The notes beneath the pieces are model-generated. The model saw only the letters and a list, made by a program, of their open reading frames with translations. It was not told where the DNA came from and made no database searches. Shown here in pieces: positions 26,790-39,586 of a DNA stretch of 64,000 bases. Source of the stretch: Eledone cirrhosa (Eukaryota); contig OZ024760.1 of the NCBI GenBank assembly GCA_964016885.1, positions 31,186,001 through 31,250,000 of the forward strand, read 5' to 3'. A program made the translations under genes and the position numbers. Position 1 is the stretch's first letter. Each line of letters starts with the position of its first letter.

Positions 26790-27190
26790 ATTATTTCTAC
26801 TTTAGGCACAAGGCCAGCAATTTGAAAGGGAGGGAAAGTCGATTAAATCGACCCGTGTGTTACTGGTACTTTATTTTATCGATTCCGTAAGGATGAAAGA
26901 CAAAGTTAACCTCGGCAGGATTTGAACTCAGAAAGTAAAGGGCCGTAACTCTATGCCACGAAGCATGGTGTTTGTCGCTCTACCGATTACAGCCAATCAT
27001 AATAATAATTGTTTCTACTTTTGGCACAAGGCCGGCAATTATTCCAGTGTATTACTGGTACTTTATTTTATCGACCACGTAAGGATGAAAGGCAAAGTTA
27101 ACCTCGGCGGGATTTGAACTCAGATCGTAAAGGGACGTAACTATGCTGGAAAGCATGGCGTCCGACCCTCTACTGATACTGGCAATCCAA
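26790..27190 (-). mobile_element. Two tandem tRNA-derived SINEs of the octopus OK/OR type (others at 9370-9560, 13525-13615, 16380-16485, 40675-41030)
   Basis: B-box GAGTTCAAATCC, shared body TTTGCCTTTCATCCTTACGG..GTCGATAAAATAAAGTACCAGT, (AAT)n tail; family name from recall. Confidence 0.75.
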
Positions 27191-27839
27191 TAACATTAAA
27201 AACTGTAAACTAATGATGTTTTGTTTTGACAGGGTCTGCACAAATCTTCAAAACCTATGGGTTTCGGTGATGAAACAGCTCTAGTTCTGTAGAAGCCATT
27301 TCTATATTGAATTTAGTTGTATAAACTCTATTAATGTATTAGGTATCTTGCTGTGGTTAACTCCGAACCCGGGACTCACATCATCACCGTTTTACGTCCC
27401 TTCTTCCACGCTAGCATGGGTTATATAAATATATATAGTGTCCCAAAAAATACTACCTGTACAGGCAATATTTATTAGAATGCTGTTGAAGTGTGTATAC
27501 ATTTTTGGGGACACCCTGTATATATATATAGCTCTGTAACTTTCTTCATTCCTATGACTTTTTCAATTTTCAACGGAAACTCCAATACTTATATATATAT
27601 ATATATTTAATATAGAAAAGGCTTCTACAGGACTAGAACTGTTTCATTCGGGAGAAATAATATATATATATATTATACACACACAGTGTTTACAGTTGAA
27701 GACAAATATATAATAAGTGACAGTAAATAGACCATAAAAAGGTGTTAATATACCTGTTTAAAGGTGTAAATATACCTGTTTAATTTGTCTGTAATTTCTT
27801 TTCGCTTTAAAATATTTCATTAAAATATAAAAACAGAAA

Positions 27840-27900
27840 TGGTTCCCGCTGTTTTGAAGAGGTTCACTTCCGGTCTGTAGTTTCGTACACATTTCCTGTG
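27840..27900 (-). promoter_or_regulatory. Putative NSMCE1 promoter / non-coding first exon region
   Basis: TTCCCGC (E2F-like), ACTTCCGG (ETS), CTGTAGTT (ACTACA motif); candidate minus-strand donors AACAG|GTATA at ~27753 and ~27775. Confidence 0.45.
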
Positions 27901-27902
27901 TC

Positions 27903-29312
27903 ACTCTCTAAAACACACCTATACACACACACACACATACTCTCTCACTCTAAAACACACATATACACATACACACACTCTCTCTCTCTCTCACTCTAAA
28001 ACACACATATACACACACACACTCTCTCTCACTCTAAAACACACATATGCACATACACACACACTCTCTCTCTCTCACTCTAAAACACACATACACACAC
28101 ACTCTCACTCTAAAACACACATATACACACACACACACTCTCTCTCACTCTAAAACACACATATACACATACACACACACTCTCTCTCACTCTAAAACAG
28201 ATATACACACACACATTCTCTCTCTCACTCTAAAACACACATATACACATACACACACACACACTCTCTTTCTAAAACACACATATACACATACACACAC
28301 ACTCTCTCTCTCTAAAACACACATATACACATACACACACACTCTCTCTCTCTAAAACACACACACACTCTCTCTAAAACACACATATACAGATACACAC
28401 ACACACTCTCTCTCTAAAATACACATATACACATACACACACACACACTCTCTCTCACTCTAAAACACACATACGCACACACACTCACTCTAAAACACAC
28501 ATACACACACACTCTCTCTCTAAAACACACATATACACACACACTCTCTCACTCTAAAACACACATATACACATACACACACACTCTCCCTCACTCTAAA
28601 ACACACATACACATACACACACACTCTCTCTCACACTAAAACACACATATACACATACACACACATTCTCTCTCACTCTAAAACACACATATACACATAC
28701 ACACACACTCTCCCTCACTCTAAAACACACATACACACACACTCTCTCACTCTAAAACACACATATACACATACACACACACTCTCTCTAAAACACATAT
28801 ACACATACACACACACACACTCTCTCTCTAAAACACACATACACATACACACACTCTCTCTTTAAAACACACATACACACACTCTCTCTCTCTAAAACAC
28901 GCACACACATTTAAAACGAAACCGACACACTAAAACACAGACACACACAGTCTCTTTCTTTCTCTCTCTCTAAAACACACACACACACTCTCTCTCTCTA
29001 AAATACAGTCTCTCTCTCTCTCTCTAAAACACTCAGTCTCTCTCTCACTAAAACACACACTCTCTCACTAAAACATACACTCACACTCTCTCTCTAAAAC
29101 ACTCAGTCTCTCTCTCTCTCACTAAAACACACTCTCACTCTCTCTCTCTAAAACACTCAGTCTCTCTCTCACTCACTAAAACACACTCTCACACACTCTC
29201 TCTCTCTCACTAAAACACACACTCACACACTCTCTCTCTCTAAAACACTCACTCTCTCTCTCACTAAAACACACATTCTCACACACTCTCTCTCTCTAAA
29301 ACAGTCTCTCTA
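27903..29312. repeat. Compound (CA)n/(CT)n array punctuated by CTAAAA
   Basis: Direct reading. Confidence 0.95.
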
Positions 29313-29482
29313 TGAAGTAACAAAACTCACTTTTTAAGCTTGATAATATATATATATATATATATATATATACGATACGTTACTTTTGGAAGACAACAAG
29401 ATAGTCCTGATGTCTTCCAAAAGTAATGGTCGCATTTTGAAAGGGTACGTCAATGTTTATTTATAAAACTGCTATATATTGT

Positions 29483-29545
29483 ATTTTGTCTGATGAAGGC
29501 ATACCATAATTTAACTTGGTATCCTTGAAATATGTATAATGAAAT
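29483..29545 (+). ncRNA. Minimal hammerhead (family of 24864, 33952, 34708/38960)
   Basis: ttttgt CTGATGA AGGcATACCA-taatttaact-TGGTATCCTT GAAA tatg TA taatgaaa. Confidence 0.7.
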
Positions 29546-30403
29546 AAATATGGTTTTATAAATATAGTTTCCATTTGTTAATATCGTATATCTACTCCAA
29601 ATACTTGTCGAGTGCTTTATATCAGTTATAAAAATATTTACTTGTTGTATCCCAACAATTTAAATAGAACTTTTGCATATATATATATATATATAGTAAT
29701 AATAAATTTGAAGACTAAAATCCAAAGAGGGCTCGATAAGGATAAATATATATCAAATATATAAGAACCGTAGAGCAAATATTTATTAAAATAACAGATT
29801 AAAGTTTAAGCAAAGAATCGCTGATTTCACCCTTAACAGGATCTTCTGAAACTAACAAAGTCAATCTGTAAACGCAGAACTGGATATTTCAAAAAACGTT
29901 GCAACCGGAGGAAGACAGGAAGACGATACTTTGGTTCGTGGAAACGTTCGCTGGCTAAGAACGGGAAAAAACGAATATAATACGTCATTAATAGGAGCGG
30001 TGAAAAGCAATTACGCGCAAAGACAGAACCACGTTTATGGTATAAAAGAGGTCGTAGACTAATGTTCTCTTAGGTGGTGCATAGAGACGAAGATACTACG
30101 TCATATGTGGAGCGTGGAGAACAATAGCACGCAAAGACAAAACCACGTAAATGGTATAGCAGAAGTCGTAGACTAAATTCTAACTAGGAGACAATAAATA
30201 AATGACGTATTATATTCGTTTTTTCCCGTTCTTAGCCAGCGAACGTTTCCACGAACCAAAGTGTCGTCTTCCTGTCTTCCTCCGGTTGCAACGTTTTTTC
30301 AAATATCCAGTTCTGTGTTTACAGATTGACTTTGTTAGTTTCAGAAGATCCCGTTAAGGGTGAAAGCAGCGATTCTTTGCTTACACTTTAATCTGTTATT
30401 TTA

Positions 30404-30462
<59 letters not shown>

Positions 30463-30566
30463 AAAGTTAAACAAGGTTCAATGAATAAATCAAAGAATGA
30501 GTTTTACAATAGATTGGAAGCACTCAACAAGTTTGGTTTTACAGAGTTATTAATATTAATTCAAAA

Positions 30567-30858
30567 TATTAACAAAATAGATATTCTTGTGATCAAGTAT
30601 ATTTTATTATACATATTTCAGAGGTACTGAGTTAACTTCAACAGTACGTCCTCATCAGATAAAATAAGATTATGCATGACATAGCCTGACATAGTAGATG
30701 GTTAAGATTCAGTCATGGTAGTGGGGTATGTCATGCATCATCTTATTTTATCTGATGAGAACGTACTGTTGAAGTTAACTCAGTACCTCTGAAATATGTA
30801 TAATAAAATATACTTGATCACAAGAATATCGATTTTGTTAATATTTTGAATTAATATT
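30567..30858. ncRNA. Palindrome with two minimal hammerheads (30600-30666 minus, 30744-30810 plus)
   Basis: TATTTTAT CTGATGA G(G/A)AcGTACTG...CAGTACcTCT GAAA tatg TA taATAAAATA. Confidence 0.75.
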
Positions 30859-31076
30859 TATATATATATATATAGGAACGAGTAGGACCCCCGACGCCTG
30901 AGCTCAAACCGTTTCGACGGCTAATTCTGGACTGTCGAAACGGCTTGAGCTCAGCCGTCGGGGTCCTACTCGTTCCTATTACCCACTCTACTACCCTAAG
31001 TATTGAGTACTTTGGTGCGTTATGGTCCACCTGGTTCCTTACCACATTTCCTTCGTTATATATATATATATATATA

Positions 31077-32936
31077 CTAGCATAGGCACCCGGCGTTGCC
31101 CGGGAATGAAATTGTTCCTTACATATTAGAAGAAAAGAGCAAAATATGTTGTATAGAAATGTGTTATTCAAAATTCAATTTATTCTTCAATTCTGAGTTC
31201 ATAAAAAAATAATTGTTGTGAGCAAAATAAATTTCCAATTTCATCACGGAGGGGAGAGGGGCTAAGAAAGGGTTGTGTGTGTGTTCACCTTTAACCAAAG
31301 GAAGCAAATGTTGTTAGGAAAAATAAGTAAAGGTAAACAGGGCTTGTTAAGAAGAGCGATAACGTACCATCGTGAGCTACACGACCTTGAAACACCCTGT
31401 CCAAAGGCCCTTCGTTGAGCATTACATTGTAGTCGAATGTCTCGTTCTTGCGAGGTCTGTGTAGCTCGCGCAGCAGCAGTATTTGCAGCATCCGTACTCC
31501 GACGTCTTTTACGCTGGTCGTCCGTCTCGGCTGCTCGTGCAACAGAAGTTGATGCGGCATTAGCGGTTCGGCGAATGGTTCGTTGATTGTCTGTTTCAAG
31601 TGCTCTTCTGGTGGCAGTACGTTTAGCATCTTGCGACCGTCGAATAGCAGATTCCACTGATGATTCGTTTGCCCGCCCTGTTCGTGTAGCTGCTGCTTTC
31701 GCAGTTTTTCGGCCAATGGAGTATCTCTTCCTTCGAGGCATGACCTAAAAGCAGTACGAAGTACACTGAAACTCACTGGTAGAGTAAGGAGTAAACTCGT
31801 CAGTGAATTAAAAACCGATGCATGTGATTTCCGAACGGGGTATGGATAGGGAGAGGGGTAACAGTAAGAGCAGCGGTTGGAATGAGTGTAAGTTAGTGAA
31901 TATGTTGTCAGTGACAAAAATTGGCGTAAATGAAACGCCACACGCAAGTACACACACACACTGAAGCACGCAAACGCAGAAACGCATGCAAACTCACACA
32001 CATGTTAATAGATTTAACTCATAATGGAACCCTGCGCGAACACACACACACATACACACACACGCGCACACACACGTGCGCACACACACGTGCGCACGCA
32101 CACGTGCGCACGCACACGTGTTAATTACTTATAGCTTTCCTTCCCCTCCTCCAGCGTCTCTCTCTCTCTCGCTATGCTCCTCTTTTAGTCTGTCTGTTTC
32201 TTTCACTCTCACTCTTTCTCTTTATAACTCACTCACATTAATACTAAAGGGTTAAGGTATTGTTCTCAAAATAAATAATATTAAATCTATGAGATTTTTA
32301 TATTATGTGAGATAAAGCCTTTACCATGAAAATAATATAGTATATATAGAGTAATGTAAATGCTAAAGGGTTAATTCCATCAGACCATGTGAGAGAGTTT
32401 ATAATCATTCATGCACACATACACACTCACGCATGCAAACACACACAAACTCACACACACGCGCACGCACGCATACACACACCCAATAGTTATTCCACTG
32501 TCATGTATCTTTGACGCATACAACTCTCAAAAGACGGCGTCTGTCACTCTCTCTCTCTCTCTCCCGCTATCCCCCTCTTTTAGTCTGTCTGTTTCTTTCA
32601 CTCTCACTTTTTCTCTCTGTAACTTGTTCACATTTCTCCCCTCTATCGAAAAACGCTGTGACGAATGGGGAGAAGGAGGAGGAAGAGTAGAGAGCCACTT
32701 CTTCACTTTGCCTCTCCGTTTCTTTCTCTCCTCTCTCACTCCCTCATTATGTACAGACATTGGCCACTTCACTAATTCGATCTCTAGGTCAGAATAATTT
32801 GAAATTTTTTTTTGCTCAAAACACTTCCGGGGCCATACGGGTTACATGTGTAAAGTTTGAAAAAAACGGTTGGGTACTTCTCGAGTTTTAGTGAAACAGA
32901 CACACAGACAGACATCCTCTGTTTTATATATATAGA
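31077..32936 (-). mobile_element. Non-autonomous Helitron retaining the N-terminus of Rep/helicase (ORF 31262-31741)
   Basis: 5' A|TCTATATATATAAAA at 32936; 3' hairpin CCCGGGCAACGCCGGG then CTAG|T at 31077; MPRRKR..IGRKT..R..ET..QR..R repeats resemble Helitron N-termini. Confidence 0.85.
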
Positions 32937-32969
32937 TAAATGGATACATTCACATAATCAAAATATATG

Positions 32970-33031
32970 TTTTATTATATATATTTCGGAGGTACTGTGT
33001 TGTTTTTTCAGTACGTCCTCATCAGATAAAA
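32970..33031 (-). ncRNA. Minimal hammerhead (family of 30744, 42497)
   Basis: TTTTAT CTGATGA GGAcGTACTG...CAGTACcTCC GAAA tata TA taATAAAA. Confidence 0.75.
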
Positions 33032-33072
33032 TAGATAAATTGATGTATGACATACCTCAACTGTGTTGGTGG

Positions 33073-33114
<42 letters not shown>

Positions 33115-33494
33115 CATGCTAGCGTGGAAAATGGATGCTGAACAATAATTATATATATTTATATATGACAAGTAAGTATGTTTTGAAACAGTGAGCAGGT
33201 TTGAAATTAGAAAATAGAATAGCTTTCACTGTATTTTTTGACTAAAGAAATTTTAGCCTGATAATGGGGTTTAGAACCCTCAGATAAATGGAAAAAGATG
33301 AGTATTGACGTCAATATGTACATCAATATTCATCTTTTTCTATTTATCTGAGGGTTCTAAACCCCATTATCAGGCTAAAATTTCTTTAGTAAAAAAATAC
33401 GGTGAAATATATATATATATATTAGAAAGTGAGGTTTTTTTTTTTTTTACAGAATGAAAAATAACCGAGGTGTCCTACACGAGTGAAAGTATAA

Positions 33495-33770
33495 AGAAAA
33501 AAAAGCTGAAATTGAAAATGCAACTGGAGTCTTATTTAAAAAAAAAAATATATATTTATTTGGTTCCTTTACCGGTTTCGCAGTTCTTCTGCTTTTCAAA
33601 AGTAGAGTTGAGATGGAGGGTCTGATGTGAGAAAAACCACAGACCTTCCATCTCAACTCTACTTTTGAAAAGCAGAAGAACTGCGAAACCGGTAAAGGAA
33701 CCAAATAAATATATATATTTTTTTTAAAATAAGACTCCAATTGCATTTTCGATTTCATCTTTTTTTCTTT
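33495..33770. ncRNA. Palindrome with two U3:A8 minimal hammerheads (33567-33602 minus, 33662-33697 plus)
   Basis: CTT TTGAAAA GCAG-aagaa-CTGC GAAAC CG GTA AAG. Confidence 0.7.
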
Positions 33771-33951
33771 ATATATATATATATATATATATATACAATA
33801 TATTAACAAATGGAAACTATATTTATAAAACCATATTTATTTCATTATACATATTTCAAGGGCCACCAGAGCAAACTATGGAGATTCCAACCAGAATGGT
33901 TGCATTTTTTAAGGGTATGTCAATATTTATTTATAAAACTAACCTATATTA

Positions 33952-34016
33952 TATTTTATCTGATGAAAGCGCACCATAGTTTGCTCTGGTGGTCCTTGAA
34001 ATATGTATAATGAAAT
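33952..34016 (+). ncRNA. Minimal hammerhead; its 3' half is inverted at 33806-33880
   Basis: ttttat CTGATGA AAGcgCACCA...TGGTGgtcCTT GAAA tatg TA. Confidence 0.7.
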
Positions 34017-34233
34017 AAATATGGTTTTATAAATATAGTTTCCATTTGTTAATATATTGTATATTTACTCCAATAATTTGTTGAGTGCTTTATATCAGTT
34101 ACAAAAATAGTTTGCTTGTTGTATCCCAACAAATTAAATATAACCTCTACATCATCATCGTTTAACGTCCATCTTCCACGCTTGCATATATTTATATATA
34201 TATAGTTATGTAATAAACAGCATAAGGTAATTA

Positions 34234-34294
34234 TTTCATTTACCAGTGGTTTCTTGAAAGCAAACAAAATTTGCTTTCAATCATCAGAATGAAA
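34234..34294 (-). ncRNA. Type I hammerhead ribozyme
   Basis: TTTCATT CTGATGA TTGAAAGCAAA-ttttg-TTTGCTTTCAA GAAA CC-act-GG TA AATGAAA; 7-bp stem I, 11-bp stem II, GUA site. Confidence 0.85.
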
Positions 34295-34443
34295 AAATCC
34301 TGGTGCATTTATTGACGTTAGATTTTAAAAACAAAAATATAATCTATATGAAAGTGAGGCTGGAAAAGGAAGAAGGAAAGGAAAAATAAACACACATGCA
34401 CACACACACATATACATACACACACATATATACATACACATAT

Positions 34444-34480
<37 letters not shown>

Positions 34481-35096
34481 CATACATACACATATACATA
34501 CACGTACAAATACACATACATATACATATACATACATACCCATATATATCCACATATCAATACATACACATACACACAAATACACAAACACAGACACACA
34601 CACATGTATGTATATATATATATATATACTATCCGGGAGCTTCCAACAGAAATGGTTGCATTCTTTAAGGGTATGTCAATATTTATTTATAAAACTGATC
34701 TATATTATATTTTATCTAATGAAAGTGTGGGTATGGTGTGGCGTGCGGTGGCCGGAAGCGGGGGACTGCTCGACCGGAAGGGTGCTTGGCCGGAAGGATG
34801 CTCGACCGGAAGGGCCAGCAGATGGGTCTCTCTCTAGTGGTGACCAGCAACGGTGTGGACGCGAGTTTTGGCAGCTCCCGGTGTTAAGGAGTTGGACGCA
34901 CGTGGAAGAGGAGAAATCAGCAGTGGGATTTAGCGGCGCCTATGAAAAGCGGTAAGTGAGATAGCTTTTTCTAACCACAAGCTATTTCGGCACTGGAAAC
35001 TGAGATCTGATTGAAAACAAAAAAAAAAAGCTACTGGAAAAACAGAGAGGAGTCTGTTGTTTTTTTTTTATCACGTACCGCAAGACAAATTAGAAG

Positions 35097-35858
35097 ATGG
35101 CAACAAGACTACGAACAAGCGAAGCTATCAGGGCATTTACAGGGGAAGGTGATGTTGTCGCTTGGCTGCGAAAAGTTCGGCTGGTCGCAAGCTTGCAGAA
35201 GATAGAAGATCTGGCTGGCCTCATGGCACTGTACCTCGAGGGGGACGAGTTGGTACTCTTCCTTGAGTTGGACGAACACAGTCAAAGAGATGCGCAAAAG
35301 ATTGAGAGGCGCATGATGGAAGCGTTCGCAGAGGGACCGTTAGCTGCTTTCGCTAAGCTGGCAAGAATTAGATGGAACGGTGAACGCGTTGACATTTTTG
35401 CAGCGGAAATACGGCGATTGGCCATGTTGACTGGATATCAGGTGGAATGCGAACGCACAGTGCGGTTGGCGTTCATAAATGGATTTCCAGACGACATAGC
35501 GGTGAAACTGCAGCAAGTCCCGGGTTACAAAGAAATGGAAATGCGTTCACTGATGGAACAAGCCTGGATCATAGCAGAAGATGCCAAGAAGAGTGTTGCG
35601 GGGATAGCAACTACAGAGGCTCAAGACAGCTGGCAGCGAAATGGTGAAAGGGAGGCAACCACGGCACGTGGTCGCCCGCGAACGTTTAGAGGTCGCTGTT
35701 TTCGGTGCCAGGGCCCGCACATGGCTAGAGACTGCAGAGAGTCAAGGCCGGAAATAATATGCTACGGGTGTAAGCGACCAGGCCACATCGCTATTAACTG
35801 CGACCAGGGAAATGATCCAAGGGGAACTACTGCGCCGGTAGTTGCCCCTTATGAGTAG
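35097..35858 (+). CDS. gag: Gag with two zinc knuckles
   Basis: CFRCQGPHMARDC and CYGCKRPGHIAINC. Confidence 0.88.
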   Translation: MATRLRTSEAIRAFTGEGDVVAWLRKVRLVASLQKIEDLAGLMALYLEGDELVLFLELDEHSQRDAQKIERRMMEAFAEGPLAAFAKLARIRWNGERVDIFAAEIRRLAMLTGYQVECERTVRLAFINGFPDDIAVKLQQVPGYKEMEMRSLMEQAWIIAEDAKKSVAGIATTEAQDSWQRNGEREATTARGRPRTFRGRCFRCQGPHMARDCRESRPEIICYGCKRPGHIAINCDQGNDPRGTTAPVVAPYE

Positions 35859-38650
35859 AGGCGCTGCCCGTGGTGGAAGTCTTCGTGAGGGGAAAGCCAC
35901 AGCGAGCCCTCGTGGACACGGGCTGTACGACGACACTGGTTACCGTGGGGGTGGTGCAGAGGTGGAGAGGGAAGAGCAGCGTAAGGGCAGTCGACGGCAG
36001 AAAAATTGAATGCCGAGGTCGCAGCGAGATGGAAATAGCGGTACAGGGAAGGAAAATAAGGCTTTCTGCCATCGTAGTAGACAGCGTGGTGGATGGGATC
36101 GGCGTGGTTATGGGCATGGACGCAATTGGCCGTCTAGGAGGCGTCACAGTGAACAACGTCGGTGTGTCGTTTGACGCCGCTGCATCGGTATGCGCTGTGA
36201 GTGCGCGACAGGAGAACCAGAAAACCTACGAGGAGAAATACCCCGCTTACACTGTGCAGGACAAAGACTTCAAGGCCGTGTTCGATGGGCAGCGATGGGT
36301 TGTTGAGTGGTACTGGAAGGGAGAACCACCAACACTGAAGACCAAAGTGGGCTGCTATCAACACACATTGAAGGGAAACATTAGGAGCGAGTTCGAGCGA
36401 GAGGTAGAGAGATGGATTGAGGAGAGCATACTGCTTCCCTGGAAAGAGGAGGTGAAGTGCGGAGTATTGCCGTTAATGGCGGTGGCGCAACCCACGAAGA
36501 ACAAGGTGAGGCCGGTGCTGGACTTTCGGGAGCTGAACGAGCACGTGTCATGCCACACGAGTGGCGAGGTCACGGATGTCTGTGGGGAAACCCTGCATGA
36601 GTGGAGACGCATGACGGGGGTTCAGCAATCGTAGATCTAAAGTCGGAATACTTGCAATTGCATATAGATGAGAAGCTCTGGCAGTATCAGCTGGTCAGGT
36701 ATAAGGGCCAGACATATTGCCTGACCAGGCTCGGTTTCGGGCTGAGCTCCGCACCGAAGATCATGGCGGCGGTCCGCAAGACCATTCTGGGAAAGCCTGA
36801 CAAGATGAAGAGGGCCACTAGCTCCTATATTGACGACATCCTAGTGGACGAGTCTGTGGTGTCGGTGGCGGAGGTCACGAGCCATTTACAGGGGTATGGA
36901 CTGGCTGCGAAGCCGTCAGAAGCATTGGAGGGAGGAGCCGCGCTGGGACTTAGGCTACGGCGAGACAGGACGGGCGTCTTGGCATTCCAGAGGGGAAATG
37001 AAGTTCCAGAACTGGGCCCAAGTATGAGTAGGTGGGAGCTTTTCTCGGTGTGTGGAAAGTTGGTGGGTCACTACCCGATTGCTGGGTGGCTCCGGATGGC
37101 ATGCAGCTGTGTCAAGAGATGAGTGGGAGGAGTGATTTGGAGTGACAGAGTGGGAGAGATGACGGTGGGCATGATGCAGGAGATTATCGGGAAGGTGAAG
37201 GCTGACGACCCAGTGCGGGGACGCTGGTATGTTCCCAAATCACAGAGCGGGGCCGTATGGTGCGATGCCAGCAGCATAGCGCTGGGTGTCACGTTGGAGA
37301 TAGGAGGTGTTGAGGTCGAGGATGCAGCCTGGCTTAGGAAGAAGGACGACTGCAACCACATCAATGTGGTCGAACTGGACGCAGTGTTGAGAGGGGTGAA
37401 CCTCGCCCTGAGGTGGGGGCTGCACACCATCGAGGTACGCACCGACTTGGCTACTGTACTCGGATGGGTGAGATCAGTGCTCACCAGTGAGAAGAGAGTG
37501 CGAACGAGAGGGACGGCGGAGATGCTGATAAAGCGCCGCCTGGGAGCTTTAGGAGAGCTGGCCACCGAGTTCGACCTGAGGCTGAGCGTAGTTTTCGTGC
37601 CCCCAGAGAAAAATAGGGCGGACGTCTTAACTAGGGTGAAGAAAGGCTGGATGGAAGCGCCGGAGGAGGTAGAAGATGAGATAGCTGCCGTGTGTCGGCT
37701 GACCGAGTCGGATCTGAAAGGATTGGATGACATGCACCACATGGGAGTGGATAGGAGCCTGTTCCTAGCCAGGAGAATCAACTTGGACGTTAACAGACAC
37801 AGTGTTCAAAGGGTGGTTAGAGGCTGCGTCCGATGTCAGTCCATTGATCCCGCCCCGGGTGTGCACGAAACGGGAAGCCTCCCGGTGGATTGCGACTGGA
37901 AGCGATTGGCGGTGGATGTAACGCACTACCGACACGGAACGTACCTCTTGATGGTCGACTGTGGACCAGGACGGATGGCGATATGGAGGGAGATGAAGAC
38001 TGGAACGGCCCAGGAAATCATGCGGATGTTGAGAGAGGTGTTCTTGGAGCGGGGCCCTTTGGAGGAACTGCTGATGGACAACAGCGCAGCGTTCTGCTCG
38101 GAGGCACTGAGGGAGATGCTCGATGGATGGAAGGTGGACCGTTTCTTCAGAGCAGCGCACAGGCCGAGCGGGAATGGAATTGTGGAGCGACAAGGCAATG
38201 GTGGAGCGGGGCCATATCTCACCAATGGAGGCAGTGTTCTGGTACAACATGTCCCCTCGGGTGGGACAGGTCGAGGAATCGGTGCCACACAGAACAGTAT
38301 TCAGATACGAGTGGCGGCACCCGTGCACGCCACCACAACGGCCAGTGGGGAGAGAGAGTTCATTCGTGCAGGTGGGCGAAGAAGTCTGGGTTAAGCCCCC
38401 AGATGCACGTTGCACATCTCAATGGGGAAGGGGAACGGTGACGGCCGTAAATTCCCAGAACAATGTGTCCGTGGACGGAGTACCACGTCATGTCCTGGAT
38501 GTCCGTAGAATCACTGTGTCAACGGACTCCGAGGAAGAGGAAACCCAAAGTGCTTCCCCAACACTGCGGAGATCGCAAAGAAGTCGTAAACCACCAACCT
38601 GGATAGCAGACTTTCATATGCAGAAGGACGAGGGGGAAATTGATCCTTGA
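35855..38650 (+). pseudogene. pol: Pol (protease, RT, RNase H, integrase), disrupted
   Basis: ALVDTG, RPVLDFRELN, YIDD, WCDAS, HH..CVRC, DVT/DN/GIVER; frameshifts near 36620 and 38190, stop at 37120. Confidence 0.9.
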
Positions 38651-39020
38651 GATCAGGGGGGCGTGTGGGTATGGTGTGGCATGCGATGGCCGGAACCGGG
38701 GGAGTGCTCGACCGGAAGGGCCCTTGGCCGGAAGGATGCTCAATCGGAAGGGCCAGCAGATGGGTCTCTCTCTAGTGGTGACCAGCAATGGTGTGGATGC
38801 GAGTTTTGGCAGCTCCCGGTGTTAAGGAGTTGGACGCACGTGGAAGAGGAGAAACCAGCAGTGGGATTTAGCGGCACCTATGAAAAGCGGTAAGTGAGAT
38901 AGCTTTTTCTAACCACAGAAAGCACACCATAATTTAACTTGGTGTCCTTGAAATATGTATAATGAAATAAATATGGTTTTATAAATATAGTTTCCATTTG
39001 TTAATATATCGTATATATAT

Positions 39021-39079
<59 letters not shown>

Positions 39080-39376
39080 ATCATACATATATACACACGT
39101 ACATACATACACATACATACACACATATATACACGCATACACAAATATAGATATATGTACACACACCTACATACACACACACACAATTAATTATAATAAA
39201 AAATATAATAATAAAAATAAAAAACAATAGACGACCATATAGGCCATCACATAAGAATTAAAATAAATGTAAAAATTATTATAAAGTTGACAGCAATTCA
39301 GGAAATAAATAAATGTACAAACACGTGGTAAGCAATACACACAATTACACATACACATACATACACATATACATAC

Positions 39377-39419
<43 letters not shown>

Positions 39420-39507
39420 CATACATACATATACACACACACACATACATATAAATACATACACACACATGTATGTGTGTAAAACTCATTCTTAGATGTA
39501 TTCATAT

Positions 39508-39586
<79 letters not shown>

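Larger units (their letters stand above)
34726..38917 (+). mobile_element. Full-length, decayed Ty3/Gypsy LTR retrotransposon (4192 bp)
   Basis: 254-bp TG..CA LTRs (34726-34979, 38664-38917), 5-bp TSD GAAAG, purine tract AGGGGGG before the 3' LTR, gag then PR-RT-RH-IN. Confidence 0.96.
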
